A stretch of 64,000 nt of DNA from Takakia lepidozioides (Eukaryota; Plantae; Bryophyta): contig CM060731.1 in the NCBI GenBank assembly GCA_030704615.1, positions 91,450,001 to 91,514,000 of the forward strand, read 5' to 3'. Shown piece after piece: positions 62,501 through 64,000 of the stretch (within the stretch, counting starts at the first letter, position 1; each line of letters begins with the position of its first letter). The position numbers and the translations under genes were made by a program. Under the pieces are notes generated by a model. The model did not search any database and was not told the DNA's origin. It worked only from the letters and a program-made list of their open reading frames with translations.

Positions 62501-64000
62501 GACTCGCCAGCAAGGAGCAGCAGCTGTTGTGACACCCGCCAAAACAAAGAAGCAGAACAGCCTGTTCAGGAAGAGGGTGAGGAAGAGGACTCCGATGGAG
62601 ACTTGCAACCAGCCCACCCCCCCAAACGCAGGCTGCCTCCCCTGTGCCCACCGTTGTACGAGAGGCACGAGAACTGGCTCGGCAAAGAAGACACTCTTCA
62701 ACCCCCCAGGGGGGCACCCTTTCGAGCCGGTGGAAATGAAAGAGGCCAAAAGTGGCTCCCGAAACAGTAGTCCAGTGTGTAAATGAGAGTTTCTTGGCGG
62801 CTTTGATGGACGGGCAGCCAAGTTGGCATACATGAAGACCATGGAGGGTCTGAAGGGCAGAGCACTGAAGAAGGCGACTGCCGAAGAGCCTTCCGACACC
62901 CCAAGATTTCAGAATATTGGTCTCCTTCTTTGAGAGGGTGTGTGCAGACAAAGGATTGTAGGAGGGGCGGAAATGCCACCGAGTGGTCTTGCGATATGAT
63001 CTCTTGGATATTCCGGACGGAGAGCCTGTGGAAGGACTGCAAGCTTTGCCATCTTGGAACAGGTACTCGGAGGACTTTTGGAAGAAAGGATTCGGGCTTG
63101 CCCGCATGGTGTTGGACGACAGAGGCTGTGTGGTTGTCTTGGCGAGCAGAGGAAAAAAACACTCAGACAAGAATTGCGAAGTGGACCCGCAAGAGCGCCG
63201 TCCCGATTCTGAAAAAGAAGTGGACGTGCATCAACACACTGGGCCTTCGGTCGGAAGGGAAGAAGGTGATTACGACACTGGCACTCGTCCATTCATTTGC
63301 TTGGGTGTTTTCAAATGCGGTGCCGCATTCGGTTTCTAATCGTTCCCCCCTGTGTATGCAGACGAAGCAGTTCGATGCATACTGCTTTGTGAAGGAGAAC
63401 TCCACCTTTGCTTTCCGGAAGGAGGGAGGAAATGTTGACCCGAACTGCGACCCCCTCGATTACGATGTTTTGTTCAACAACGTTCCCAAGGAACTTCTCC
63501 CTCATAGCCTCACTTCAACGGAACCCCTGCGGTACTCACGGACTCGGAGCCCTGCCTTCATTCAGACAATTATGGAGACATGCACAGACGTGGAGGGCAC
63601 AGTTGTTCTGCAAATTCTCGTTAGGATGTAGTTCGCAACATCTGAAGCGCCAAGTGGTAATGTGTGGATGGCATTGTAACAGGTGCCTCAATGTGGGCTG
63701 GGCGGTTTTCCGACCGGCACCTCTTTGCCTACGAGGAGGATTCATCCGTGGGGGATCCCATCTGGAAGGGCTGCAGCGGAATGTTAAGGCTCCCAACAGA
63801 GCGGAAGTCTCCTCGGATTCGTCGGAGTCCGAGGAAGACACAATGGACATTGATGCGGAGGAGAACCCGGAATACGAGTGAGTGCAAACATTGTAAGTTT
63901 GCAAAGCCTTCTGGGTCATTTTTGTCAAACGAATTTCCCGACTGTGGTTCTCATTAGTCTCGTTGATGATTGTCATGTGCAGGATTGCAGGGTCCGGGTC
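59560..64000 (+). pseudogene. Multi-exon gene: low-complexity N-terminus, ParB/Srx-like domain, helical region, beta-class DNA MTase-like domain
   Basis: LPIVRQAL..DVDKLKFAF and FFVWDGNHRLLAW (ParB-type DG.HR..A); CDMI-LLDIPDG, VLDDRGCVVV, RSPAFIQTIMETCTDVEGTVV, GASMWAGRFSDRHLFAYEED; introns at 60813-60924, 61115-61215, 62044-62147, ~63281-63361; several stops and frameshifts. Confidence 0.72.

Larger units (their letters stand above)
55386..64000. mobile_element. Large MULE-like transposon (type-A subfamily), right end outside the window
   Basis: Terminus GAGGTTTACTATTTCATGAGC with CATGAGC repeats at 55386; contains the transposase and the ParB-MTase gene. Confidence 0.8.

Noticed and set aside
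59560-64000. Bacterial contamination or a recent bacterial insert explaining ParB and the MTase
   Set aside because: The gene has multiple spliceosomal introns, paralogues in the window and eukaryotic TE surroundings.

Overview
Eukaryotic, almost certainly land-plant DNA (DA1-type and DRM-type sequences, spliceosomal introns), about 90% transposon-derived. The only probable host gene is the 5' part of a DA1-like gene on the minus strand. Its ~9.8-kb intron holds a polarised stack of (GA)n-targeting LINE copies. The rest is a nested transposon pile: hAT-like and piggyBac-like MITEs, a Copia fragment, several Gypsy LTR pieces with extra ORFs, two solo LTRs, a tRNA-derived SINE and DRM methyltransferase fragments. 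The most notable content is several related Mutator-like (MULE) DNA transposons. They encode a GCM-like Zn-finger + MULE DDE + SWIM transposase. They also carry an intron-containing gene joining a ParB/Srx-like domain to a prokaryote-type beta-class (N4C/N6A-type) DNA methyltransferase fold, plus an unknown small-protein family. Each subfamily carries its own palindrome built on one shared CGG(CA/TG/CG)CCG core, placed in clusters, tandem arrays and the introns of the methyltransferase genes. This suggests a transposon-encoded, sequence-specific self-marking or anti-silencing system. All copies here are disabled by stops, frameshifts or deletions. Domain calls are by eye from motifs, with no database search.
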